The notes under the pieces were generated by a model. That model ran no database searches, was not told the origin of the DNA, and saw nothing but the letters and a program-made list of their open reading frames with translations. From the NCBI GenBank assembly GCA_016206725.1, contig JACQRA010000088.1:1622-65621 (forward strand): DNA of 64,000 bases, in the 5' to 3' direction. Position numbers and translations under genes: made by a program. Position 1 is the stretch's first letter; every line of letters begins with the position of its first letter. Source of the DNA: Candidatus Omnitrophota bacterium. GTDB lineage: Bacteria > Omnitrophota > Gorgyraeia > Aquiviventales > Aquiviventaceae. Shown piece after piece: positions 36,440 to 45,566 of this stretch.

Positions 36440-37451
36440 CGAACAGCTCCTCCTGTTGCAACAGCTGCTGCATCATGTTCAGATTGTGGTAGCGCGGGTC
36501 GGTAAGAGGATTGGGGATCTTCCCGTCCCGATACGCCTCGCACAGTCCCTGCACCGCCTCCTCGATCGTCCACCGGGGCGCAAACCCCACGGCTTGCCGG
36601 ATGCGGTCCGCATTGATGTGGTACGACCGCACGTCATCCGTCGGCCGCACCTCGATGCGCGCCGCGGGATCGCCGAGCTGCCGGCGCACCAGCTCGGCCA
36701 ACTCCATCACGGACCGGTTCTGGTAACCCACATTCCAAGTCTGCCCATGCACGAGATCTCCCGGCGCTTCCAGCATCGCGCGATACGCGGCGACCATGTC
36801 GTGGATATGGAGATTTGGCCGCAGCTGCGTGCCGCCGAAGACGGTGATGACGCGGTTGACCAGCGCGTGGATCGTCAGCAGGTTCACCGTCAGATCCAGG
36901 CGCAGCCGTGGCGCCCAGCCGCAGACGGTGGCCGGCCGAAGAATCACCCATTCACACGACCCCAGACCTTCGTCCCGAAGCTGTTGTTCGCACAGCCACT
37001 TGTACCGCGAATAGTCGGTGAGCGGCTCACAGGCGTCCTCTTCCCGCACGTCCGGCTGGTCCTTCACCCCGTAGACGCTCGAACTCGACGCGTAGATGAA
37101 TCGTTTCACGCTGTTGGCTCGGACCGCCCGCAGCACTCCGGCAAACGCATCGTAGTTGATGGACTTGCCCAGTCGCGGATCCAATTCAAAGCTTGGGTCG
37201 TTCGAGATGCAGGCCAAGTGAACCACCGCCTCCATCCCTTGGAGGGCGGCGGTCAGCGCGCGCTCATCCCGGATGTCGAGCCGCACGGGATGGAGGCACG
37301 GGTGGCCGCGGAGACCGTCGAAGACGTGGTCCCCGTAGAAAAAACAATCGAGCACCGTCACGTCGTAGCCCGCCTCCACCAGCGCCGGCACGAGGGCGCT
37401 GCCGACATAGCCCGCCCCACCCGTCACGGCCACACGGCTGAATGGCGTCAT
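36432..37451 (-). CDS. NAD-dependent epimerase/dehydratase
   Basis: Internal start MTPFSRVAVTGGAGYVGS. ATGA overlap with the upstream stop. Confidence 0.75.
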   Translation of the reverse strand: MTPFSRVAVTGGAGYVGSALVPALVEAGYDVTVLDCFFYGDHVFDGLRGHPCLHPVRLDIRDERALTAALQGMEAVVHLACISNDPSFELDPRLGKSINYDAFAGVLRAVRANSVKRFIYASSSSVYGVKDQPDVREEDACEPLTDYSRYKWLCEQQLRDEGLGSCEWVILRPATVCGWAPRLRLDLTVNLLTIHALVNRVITVFGGTQLRPNLHIHDMVAAYRAMLEAPGDLVHGQTWNVGYQNRSVMELAELVRRQLGDPAARIEVRPTDDVRSYHINADRIRQAVGFAPRWTIEEAVQGLCEAYRDGKIPNPLTDPRYHNLNMMQQLLQQEELFVG

Positions 37452-38977
37452 CGCAGTAGGCTCGTCACGAACTTCTGCAGCAGGATCGGATCCACCGGGT
37501 CGCGGTTGCAGACGATCTCCACCGCCAGGGCGCCGACGCAATTGCCGATAAACCCGACCAACTCCACCGGAAGTCGCCGGTAGACGCAGGGCGAGGCGAT
37601 GGCAAAGAGCGCATCGCCCGCGCCGGTGCGATCGACCACTTTCGTCGCCAACGCCGGGGTCTCCACGGCCTGAGCTCCGTCCGAGAGGATCAGCGACCCG
37701 CCCGGCCCGCGGCTGACCAGCATGGCGCCGGTGCGAAGGCGGGCTTTCACCTGCTCGGCCATCATCGGCAAGGCCCCGTACTGGCTGCCGGCCGCCAACT
37801 TCAGCTCCGGTTCGTCAATGCAGACGAAATCGGCGCGGGCATACTTGGTCACGGGGTTGAAACCGAGATTCGCGCTGTTGCTCTGGCTGTTGAGGGCCAG
37901 GAACGCCCCGCAGGTGGAGAGGAACTGCCGGAGAGGTTCCGTCATCAGGCCGTGCCCGAAATCGCTGACGGCCACCATGTCATGCGCCGGCTGCAGGCGC
38001 TGCAATCGCTCGTGCAGCGTCCGCTCCACCGGCTCAGGAATCGGGGCATCGTCGAGGTACTCCACCTCAAACATCTTGGTGAGGAAGTTCGGCTCCAGGT
38101 AACGGCGCTTTCGAATCGTGGGACGTTCCTCCGTGATGACCACTTCCAACCGGACGTTCGATTTCAGTTTGGATCGAATGAACGCCTGTTGTGCGGCCTC
38201 GGCGCCGAGGGCCGTCAGGAGCGTCACCTCGCGGCAGAACCCCGCGAGGTGATTCGCCACGGCCAGCGAGCCGCCGGCGAAATGCTCTTCGGAGACGAAT
38301 CGCGTCGAGACAATCGTTTCTTTTGGCGACTTCCCCATCGGGAAACAGTAACAGTACTGATCCAGAATCGCCTCGCCAACGACCAGCACCCGCAAGTCCT
38401 CCAGGCGCTTGAGCGCGTCGATGACCTGCTCGGCGCGGTAGCGCTGACGGAAGGCCTGGAGGTACTGTTGGGTGTGGTCGGGATAGGCGCTGAAGAAGCG
38501 GTTGAGGATGTGGCTCGAGCTGAATGCCTCCTCGTTCGTGAAGACCAGCCGACCGCCCACCGCCTTGACCGCCGCTTCTTCATCCACGATCCGGCCCGTG
38601 ACATCTGAGGCGGCCTGCGCGTAGTCCTGGCCTTTCACATACACGTGGGGCTTGAGCCGCTGGATCGTTTCCACGGCGGTCGGCCACTCGTTGAGCGCCG
38701 CGTAATCCACGGTTTCCAAGGCCGCGATCGACTCCAGCCGGAGGCGTTGGTTGAACACCGGCCGGCCGGGGCCTTTACGGACGAATCGGTCCGGCGTCAC
38801 GGTGACTACCAGGAGATCGCCTTGTTTGCGCGCTTCCTTGAAATGGAGGATGTGCCCGGGATGCAGGAGGTCAAAGACACCGTGGCAGTGGACGACCCGA
38901 CGGCCGTCAGCGCGGGCCGCCTCGAGAATCCTCTGCAACTCGCCCAGTGCTTTGATCTTCTGGTCGTTGTCCATCAT
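37448..38977 (-). CDS. bifunctional cytidylyltransferase-like nucleotidyltransferase (HldE domain II/TagD-like) + PfkB-family sugar kinase (HldE domain I-like); domain order reversed relative to E. coli HldE
   Basis: N-terminal HCHGVFDLLHPGHILHFKEARKQGDLLVV (HxGH cytidylyltransferase fold). C-terminal PfkB motif DRTGAGDALFA. Confidence 0.7.
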   Translation of the reverse strand: MMDNDQKIKALGELQRILEAARADGRRVVHCHGVFDLLHPGHILHFKEARKQGDLLVVTVTPDRFVRKGPGRPVFNQRLRLESIAALETVDYAALNEWPTAVETIQRLKPHVYVKGQDYAQAASDVTGRIVDEEAAVKAVGGRLVFTNEEAFSSSHILNRFFSAYPDHTQQYLQAFRQRYRAEQVIDALKRLEDLRVLVVGEAILDQYCYCFPMGKSPKETIVSTRFVSEEHFAGGSLAVANHLAGFCREVTLLTALGAEAAQQAFIRSKLKSNVRLEVVITEERPTIRKRRYLEPNFLTKMFEVEYLDDAPIPEPVERTLHERLQRLQPAHDMVAVSDFGHGLMTEPLRQFLSTCGAFLALNSQSNSANLGFNPVTKYARADFVCIDEPELKLAAGSQYGALPMMAEQVKARLRTGAMLVSRGPGGSLILSDGAQAVETPALATKVVDRTGAGDALFAIASPCVYRRLPVELVGFIGNCVGALAVEIVCNRDPVDPILLQKFVTSLLR

Positions 38978-39978
38978 GAGATCATGGCCGCGGGTGAGAG
39001 ATGCTCAAACCACGTCCGCGTCGCCTGCTCAATCGTTTCCGGCGTCCAGACGGGCGCGTCGCGCCAATCCTCTAGATGCTCTAACAGACATCGCACACCG
39101 GTCTCAAAATTGACGCGAGGCTCCCAGCCCAACGTTCGGCGGATCTTTGTGGTGTCAGCGAACGTGCAGTCCGGCTCTGCCGGCCGTTTGGGAATGTGGA
39201 CGATCGGACCGCCGAGCAACTCCACGAGCCGGTTGACCGTCGAGGTGGAGCCGGAGCCGACGTTGAACACCTCGCCGGTGACCTCGGACGTCGCGGCCCG
39301 CAGGAAGGCTTCGACGACATCCGTCACGTAGGTAAAATCCCGCGTCTGCGAGCCGTCCCCTACGACGGTGAACGGCTGGCCCGCCAGCTTCTGCGCCAGA
39401 AACACGCCGAAGACGGCGCCGTAGGCGCCGGAGGTCCGGGCCCGTGGGCCGTACACATTAAAGAGGCGCAACGACACCACCGGCAACCGATATACCTGCG
39501 CCCAGTGGAGGACGAGCTGTTCGCCCAACCATTTCGTCAACGCGTACGGATATTGCGGCCGGATCGGCGCGTCTTCAGGCGTGGGGTGCACGTCTGGAAT
39601 CCCATAGCAGGATGAGGAAGCGGCGTAGAGCAACCGCTTGACGCCGACGGCACGGGCGGCCTCCAACATGGAGAGCGTCCCTTCCACGTTCGCCCGGTAG
39701 TACGCCCACGGCCGCTCAATCGAAGGGACGATATCCGCCAGGGCGGCCAGATGAAACACCCACTCGGTTCCCGCCATCAGCCGACGAACTTCCGGCTGGT
39801 TGGTCACGTCCACCTGATGGATCACCAGGCGCGTCTGGTCTGTGACGGACGCCAGATTGCTGAGGCGGCCGGTGGACAGGTTATCCAGCGCCACAACCTG
39901 ATGGCCATCGGCGAGTAGCCGCTCGACCAGATGACTCCCGATAAACCCTGCCCCTCCCGTCACCAGCGTGCGCATCAT
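38974..39978 (-). CDS. NAD-dependent epimerase/dehydratase (UDP-glucose 4-epimerase/UXS-like)
   Basis: [16 protein letters not shown] start and YALTK catalytic motif. Confidence 0.75.
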   Translation of the reverse strand: MMRTLVTGGAGFIGSHLVERLLADGHQVVALDNLSTGRLSNLASVTDQTRLVIHQVDVTNQPEVRRLMAGTEWVFHLAALADIVPSIERPWAYYRANVEGTLSMLEAARAVGVKRLLYAASSSCYGIPDVHPTPEDAPIRPQYPYALTKWLGEQLVLHWAQVYRLPVVSLRLFNVYGPRARTSGAYGAVFGVFLAQKLAGQPFTVVGDGSQTRDFTYVTDVVEAFLRAATSEVTGEVFNVGSGSTSTVNRLVELLGGPIVHIPKRPAEPDCTFADTTKIRRTLGWEPRVNFETGVRCLLEHLEDWRDAPVWTPETIEQATRTWFEHLSPAAMIS

Positions 39979-41024
39979 CAGACTGTTCCGGCCAGCGCGC
40001 GCGGCCGAGCCGCGGCGGCGCGAGCCGGAAGCGTTTCCTCGGACGATTCACAAAAGATGATCCGACTGCCGCCGGTCTCGAACCGGAACGGCACGTGCAA
40101 CACGCCCCGCAGCGCGGCTTGCACGCGATCCTGCTCCTCGGGCCGCACGAATAATAAGAGGAAGCCCCCACCGCCGGCGCCGAGGAGCTTGCCGCCGATG
40201 GCACCGGCGGCTCGCGCCGTCTCGTAGAGGGTGTCGATCTGCGGCGTGGAAATCCGGCTAGTCAGACTGCGTTTCACCTGCCAGCCCTCATGGAGCAACC
40301 GCCCGAACGCTGTGAGATCGATCTCTTCCTGTAGAATCCGAATGGCTTCATCCACCATCTGTTGCATCGCGCGCAGCTCCGCGGTCTTCTTCGGCGTCGC
40401 CTGGATCTGGTCGCGGGCGATGTCCGAGGCCGTGCGCGAAAACCCCGTAAAGAAGAGCATCAGGTGTTCCTGGAGGCGCGTACGCCGCGTCTCATCGATC
40501 ATGACCGGTGAGACCTGAAAACGGTGGTCGGTCGGAAAGTCAATCCGATTGAATCCCCCAAAGGCGGCGACGATCTGATCTTGTGACCCCACAGACTCTT
40601 TGAGCACCTCTTGCTCGATGTGGATCGCCTCGCGCGCGAGCTGCATCTTGGTGGGCATCCGACCCTTGAGGCCATGAAGGGCGTGCAAGAAACCAACCGT
40701 AAAAGCGGAACTCGACCCTAGGCCCGTCCTGGCGGGCAAGTCTCCGTCGTGGTGGATTTCCAGTCCTTCCGTGATGTGGAGAGCACGCAGCACCCCCCGG
40801 ACCGCGGAGTGCTCGATCTGATCGTTCGATGCCACCGACTCGACCTTCGAGTAGACGATCCGGCTTTTGTGTTCGAAGAACGGCGGCAGATACCGGCAGG
40901 TGAGGTAGCAGTATTTATCAATGGTCGTCGCCAACACCGCGCCTCCGTGCTCCTGGAACCACACCGGATAGTCGGTGCCGCCTCCAAAAAATGAGATCCG
41001 GTACGGCGTGCGGCTGATGATCAT
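39978..41024 (-). CDS. GHMP kinase, second HddA-like heptose-7-phosphate kinase paralog
   Basis: RISFFGGGTD, GLGSSSA and GAGGGGF motifs. Architecture is the same as 23299..24300. Confidence 0.7.
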   Translation of the reverse strand: MIISRTPYRISFFGGGTDYPVWFQEHGGAVLATTIDKYCYLTCRYLPPFFEHKSRIVYSKVESVASNDQIEHSAVRGVLRALHITEGLEIHHDGDLPARTGLGSSSAFTVGFLHALHGLKGRMPTKMQLAREAIHIEQEVLKESVGSQDQIVAAFGGFNRIDFPTDHRFQVSPVMIDETRRTRLQEHLMLFFTGFSRTASDIARDQIQATPKKTAELRAMQQMVDEAIRILQEEIDLTAFGRLLHEGWQVKRSLTSRISTPQIDTLYETARAAGAIGGKLLGAGGGGFLLLFVRPEEQDRVQAALRGVLHVPFRFETGGSRIIFCESSEETLPARAAAARPRALAGTV

Positions 41025-42538
41025 GCTGCGACGGGCGCGTGCTGCCTTGTCAGCTTATGCGACGCCATCTGTCGGATGTGCGCCACGGTTTCTTCGCCGA
41101 ACTTCTGGCGGATCATCTCCAGGTACCTGGACGAGGTGAAGTACGTCTCGAAGGCGTGATCGCGAAACCGCAACACCTCCGCCCCTGAGAGGTAGTTCGT
41201 CGGCAGCGGCAGGGTGTCCACCGCATGCTGGGAGTAGCCGGACCACCGCTGCGGCAGCGGCCAGCCATTCTGAATGGCCAGTTCATACAGCGCGCTTCCA
41301 GGGTAAGACATACAGGAATAGAAATTGGCGAACTCACAGTTGAGCTCGAGTGCCAGATCGAGTGTTTCCTGCATCGTGGCGAGGTCGTCTTCGGGCAAGC
41401 CGAACATGTAGTTGCCGATCACGTAGATGCCGGCCTCCCGCACCCGAGTGATGGTCTTGGCGATGTCCTCTTGATCGAAGCCTTTCTGCACGTGATCCCG
41501 TACCCGCGCGTTGGCCGCCTCGATCCCGAACGCCAGCCAGTGGAAACCGGCACGTTTGAGCACCTCCACCATCTCTTCCCGCACCGTATCGACTCGCGCG
41601 TAGGCCCAGATGTTCAGATCGTAGCCGCGCGCGATGATGGCTTCGCAGATTCCGAGGACATGCTTGGGGTGAAGCACAAACATCTCATCCGCGATCTTGA
41701 CGTGCCGTACCCCGTACTGATTGACCAGGGTGTCAAGCTGTGCCATCACGGATTCGATACTCCAGAATCTGTAGCTGTTCGTCGTGGCTTTCAGTCCAAG
41801 CTCCTTTTCCCCACTCTTGAACGGAATTTGGATACAGCAGAACTGACAATGGAACGGACACCCAAGGGTTGTATATAAACTCGCATACGGCTGACGCGAC
41901 GGCTCGCCGAGGGCATGCCAGTTATGCGCGCGGTATTTTTCCATCGGCAACAGATCCCACGCAACGCCAGGCATCTCGCCGGCGAGGTCTTTGAGCAGGG
42001 GTGCTGCGGGATTGTGCCGGATGGCGCCGTCTTCGCGATACCACAGGTCCCGAACCTTCTGCAGCTCGGGATGCGGGGTCTTCAACGCCTCGATCAATTC
42101 CCACATCGTGTAGAGCCCCTCGCCGCTGCAGACGAAATCCCCTGCCTCCTCGCGCAGGGTGCGCTCAGGCAGCGCGGCGACATGACCGCCAACTAAGAGC
42201 ACGGCCTGCTCGGGATGACGCCGCTTGATTGCGGTGCAGATCGCCCCGGCCGCGGTCATGTTCTGGGTCGAGGCAGAGGGCTGGTGGCCGTAGACGACCA
42301 CGGCGATCAGGCGCGGTTTCATCGCGATGGCTCGCGCTGCCGCCGCGTCGGGTGTGAGTTCTTCAGCTTCGGCATCGAGAACGGCCACGGAGCAGCCTTT
42401 CCGACGGAGAAACGTCGCCATCAATCCCGCCCACACCGGCGGCTCAATCGCGGTCAACGTCGTGCCAAGCCCCTGATAGACCTGGGCGCGACTCCCCGGA
42501 TTGATCAGCACCACGTCGAGGTCCGGCGCTGCCCTCAT
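41021..42538 (-). CDS. B12-binding (cobalamin-dependent) radical SAM enzyme
   Basis: N-terminal B12-binding-like domain (VVLINPG...), then CPFHCQFC, a CxxxCxxC motif. ATGA overlap with the UbiA stop. Confidence 0.75.
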   Translation of the reverse strand: MRAAPDLDVVLINPGSRAQVYQGLGTTLTAIEPPVWAGLMATFLRRKGCSVAVLDAEAEELTPDAAAARAIAMKPRLIAVVVYGHQPSASTQNMTAAGAICTAIKRRHPEQAVLLVGGHVAALPERTLREEAGDFVCSGEGLYTMWELIEALKTPHPELQKVRDLWYREDGAIRHNPAAPLLKDLAGEMPGVAWDLLPMEKYRAHNWHALGEPSRQPYASLYTTLGCPFHCQFCCIQIPFKSGEKELGLKATTNSYRFWSIESVMAQLDTLVNQYGVRHVKIADEMFVLHPKHVLGICEAIIARGYDLNIWAYARVDTVREEMVEVLKRAGFHWLAFGIEAANARVRDHVQKGFDQEDIAKTITRVREAGIYVIGNYMFGLPEDDLATMQETLDLALELNCEFANFYSCMSYPGSALYELAIQNGWPLPQRWSGYSQHAVDTLPLPTNYLSGAEVLRFRDHAFETYFTSSRYLEMIRQKFGEETVAHIRQMASHKLTRQHAPVAA

Positions 42539-43491
42539 CTCATGCGTTCTCCGTAGAGAATCACGCCGGCGGTCGCCACCCACAACAGCAGATTCACCAT
42601 CATCGGGCGGTCCGTCAGAATGCTCTGGGTCGGGTCTCCCCCTTCTTCCTTGTGATAGACCAAATAGAGGTAACGGAAGAACCCATACAAGACAAACGGG
42701 ACGGTCAGCAGCAGCCCTGGCGAACCAAATCGCCCGACGATCTCCTCGCTCACGGTGTAGAGCGTGTAGCTGACCAGTGCGGAAGCCGTGATAATGCCGA
42801 CCATCGCATCGAGAAACGGCAGAGGGTAATCCGTCAGGACTTGCCGGTGATTCGGCGCGCCGTCCTCGAGGAGCACGAGCTCATGGCGACGTTTGCAGAG
42901 GGCGATGAACAACGCCAACAACGTCGTGCAAATCAGCACCCACGCGCTCATCGTCACTTGGAGCACGACGGCCCCGGCAAGCACCCGCAAGAGATAGCCG
43001 GCTGCGACCACGAAAACATCCAGGATGACGGCATGCTTGAGCCTCCAGGCATAGAGCAGGTTCAGTCCCCAATAGGTTGAGAGGACAAGGGCTAAGGACA
43101 CGCTCAAGGCGGCCCCACCCAACAGACTCAGCAGCAACAACCCCACAACCGCGGCTCGGGCGATCCCCACACGCAGCAGCCCCGCGGCCAGCGGGCGGCG
43201 GCGCTTTTCCGGATGGAGGCGGTCCTGTGCGCAATCGGTGAGATCATTCAAGAGGTAGATCGAACTGCTGGCGAGGCAGAAACATCCACAGGCCGCGAGG
43301 CTGCGCAGGAGTGCGTCCAGGGAAAAGACGTGCGGCGAAAAGAAGAGCGGAGCCAACACGAAGAAATTTTTCACCCACTGCGTGGGTCGCAGCTCAACCC
43401 AGAGGGCCCGCAGCGGACCTGGTGGGGGAGGCCGGTTCGGCTCGGCCTGGCTCACAGGCGTTTCCAAGACCAGCGAATCAGGAGACATCAT
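42535..43491 (-). CDS. UbiA-family prenyltransferase, decaprenyl-phosphate phosphoribosyltransferase-like
   Basis: NDLTDCAQDRLHPEKRRRPLAAG motif (NDxxDxxxDR...HP.K..RPL), about 8 TM helices, 318 aa. Confidence 0.7.
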   Translation of the reverse strand: MMSPDSLVLETPVSQAEPNRPPPPGPLRALWVELRPTQWVKNFFVLAPLFFSPHVFSLDALLRSLAACGCFCLASSSIYLLNDLTDCAQDRLHPEKRRRPLAAGLLRVGIARAAVVGLLLLSLLGGAALSVSLALVLSTYWGLNLLYAWRLKHAVILDVFVVAAGYLLRVLAGAVVLQVTMSAWVLICTTLLALFIALCKRRHELVLLEDGAPNHRQVLTDYPLPFLDAMVGIITASALVSYTLYTVSEEIVGRFGSPGLLLTVPFVLYGFFRYLYLVYHKEEGGDPTQSILTDRPMMVNLLLWVATAGVILYGERMR

Positions 43492-43494
43492 CGG

Positions 43495-44541
43495 TTAAAA
43501 GGGTCCTTTGAACCGCTGCTCATGGCTGTAGAACGATTCGCCGCTCAGATCGGCCGGCTCAAGCTTCAGCATGTGCTCCGCGGTGCGGAGGATGCTGACC
43601 GCGTTGGGATAAAACAGGTTCTCCAGCGGCCGCGTGGTGGGACAGGGGACCTGCGCAAATCCGAGCCGTTCAACCGCCCGCTCCAAGATCTCGAAGCAGC
43701 GATGGCTGATGAGCGCCGCCGCCTCCGCCGCAAACCCGCAGAAGGTCCAGTCGTAGTCGGCGACGATGCACCGGCGCGTCCGCTTCACCGAATCGACCAG
43801 CGTCGCCTCATCCAACGGCACCACGCTACGCACATCCACGACCTCCAGCTCGACACCCCGCTTGGCCATGACCTCGGCGGCCTTCATCGCCTCGACCGTC
43901 ATCCACGACGTCGCGATCACCGTCAGGTCCTTGCCGAATCGCCGCACCGTCGCCTCGCCCAACGGCAGACGGCGGCTGCGATCCACCTCGCCCTCCACGT
44001 CATACAGCCATCGATGCTCCAGGAAGATGACGGGATTGTCATCGCGAATCGCGGCGCGCAAGAGACTGTAGGCATCCTGGGGCGTGGTGGGCAGAACCAC
44101 TTTCAAACCTGGAAAATGGCTAAAGAGACCGTGGAGCGACTTGCTGTGTTGGGCCGACTGCCCCCAACCCCGCCCAATGACCGCCCGGATCACCAGCGGC
44201 AGGCGAAGCTGCCCACCGCTCATGTAGCGGAGACTCGAAAGCATGTTGCCGATCTGGTTCATCGCCAGCAGCATAAAATCCGCCCGGATATGCACATGCA
44301 CCGGCCGAAGACCGGAGACCGCAGCCCCGATCGCCACACCGGTCATGCTCTCTTCAGAGAGTGGGGTGATAAAGCACCGCCGGTCTCCAAACCGCTCTAC
44401 CAGTCCTGCGGTGGAGCCGAAGATGCGCTTGTGGTCCGAGACGTCCAGGCCGAACACGAACACCGAGGGATCCGCGTCCATCTCATCGGCTAACGCGGCC
44501 GCGAGGGCATCCCGAAAGGTGGTGCGAGTCGCTAGGCCCAT
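43495..44541 (-). CDS. thiamine-diphosphate-dependent dehydrogenase E1 component, beta subunit (transketolase C-terminal-like)
   Basis: 348 aa. VFVFGLDV ... TPLSEESMTGVAIGAA matches the E1 beta pattern. Confidence 0.75.
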   Translation of the reverse strand: MGLATRTTFRDALAAALADEMDADPSVFVFGLDVSDHKRIFGSTAGLVERFGDRRCFITPLSEESMTGVAIGAAVSGLRPVHVHIRADFMLLAMNQIGNMLSSLRYMSGGQLRLPLVIRAVIGRGWGQSAQHSKSLHGLFSHFPGLKVVLPTTPQDAYSLLRAAIRDDNPVIFLEHRWLYDVEGEVDRSRRLPLGEATVRRFGKDLTVIATSWMTVEAMKAAEVMAKRGVELEVVDVRSVVPLDEATLVDSVKRTRRCIVADYDWTFCGFAAEAAALISHRCFEILERAVERLGFAQVPCPTTRPLENLFYPNAVSILRTAEHMLKLEPADLSGESFYSHEQRFKGPF

Positions 44542-45566
44542 ACGTCGGTTGAGAGTTCAGCAGGGGACGCAAACGGCGCCTGTTGAGCCGCTCGAACGCT
44601 GCGAGTCAGTTGTTCGTCCACCGACAGGCGCAGCGCCTCCAGCTCGTGGTCGGTGACACCATCTTCACGCAGTGCTTGCTCAAAGCGCCGGACTGGATCG
44701 AGACGGGCTAACTCGTCCGGCGACGGTTTCTGGCGATACCCCGCGTGAAAATCTTCCAGGGGACCCACATGCTCGAGGAATCGGAAATAGGTCAGGTGCA
44801 AGAACCCCGGACGCGGATCGGTTTCCATCCGCTCAAGGAGTGTGTGAGCGGAGGTCATGACCGTCCGGAGATCGTACCCCGCCCCGCTCATGACATGACA
44901 GCGAAATCCCCGCACGACATCTGGAATGGAGCGGAATCCTTGCCGCTGGCTGGTCGGGATATGGATGGCCAGGTCGTTGTCTTCACACACAAAGAGGATG
45001 CGCAGCCGCTTCAAACAGGCGAAGTTCAGACTTTCCCAAAACGCGCCCTCTTCCACGGCGCCGTCCCCAAAGAACGACACCACCAGCGTCGGCTCATCGC
45101 GGTACTGATGAGCCAGCGCCGCACCCACCGCGAGCGGAATGGTGGTGGCGACCACTGCGGAGGTGGCGATCAACCCGTGCTGAGGAGCCGCCAGGTGCAT
45201 GGAGCCGGCTTTCCCTTTGGCCGCACCAATGGCCTTGCCATAGAGCTCGCCGAAGAACCGGTCGGTCTCGCCGGTCATCGCCAGATACCACGCGTGATTC
45301 CTGTAGGTCCCAAACGCCCTGGCGCCAGGCGGCGCCGCGTGGCAGACCCCCACCGCAATGGCTTCCCCCCCGATGCCGAGGTGGACCGGTGTCTTCATGT
45401 CATTGGTGGGGTATTCTTCGCGGATCTTCTCTTCCGCGCGGCGCACCAACAACAGCTTCCGGTACAGCGCCAAGGCTTCCGCGTGCTTCACGGAGGCCTC
45501 ACGGGCCGCTGGCGCCTCACGCAAAGTAGGAGGCGACGCTTTCTGCAGCATAGGCGATGTCGTCAT
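44532..45566 (-). CDS. thiamine-diphosphate-dependent dehydrogenase E1 component, alpha subunit
   Basis: LYRKLLLVRRAEEKI and GDGAVEEGAFWESLNFA (the ThDP-binding GDG...N motif). The exact start is uncertain. Confidence 0.75.
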   Translation of the reverse strand: MTTSPMLQKASPPTLREAPAAREASVKHAEALALYRKLLLVRRAEEKIREEYPTNDMKTPVHLGIGGEAIAVGVCHAAPPGARAFGTYRNHAWYLAMTGETDRFFGELYGKAIGAAKGKAGSMHLAAPQHGLIATSAVVATTIPLAVGAALAHQYRDEPTLVVSFFGDGAVEEGAFWESLNFACLKRLRILFVCEDNDLAIHIPTSQRQGFRSIPDVVRGFRCHVMSGAGYDLRTVMTSAHTLLERMETDPRPGFLHLTYFRFLEHVGPLEDFHAGYRQKPSPDELARLDPVRRFEQALREDGVTDHELEALRLSVDEQLTRSVRAAQQAPFASPAELSTDVWA

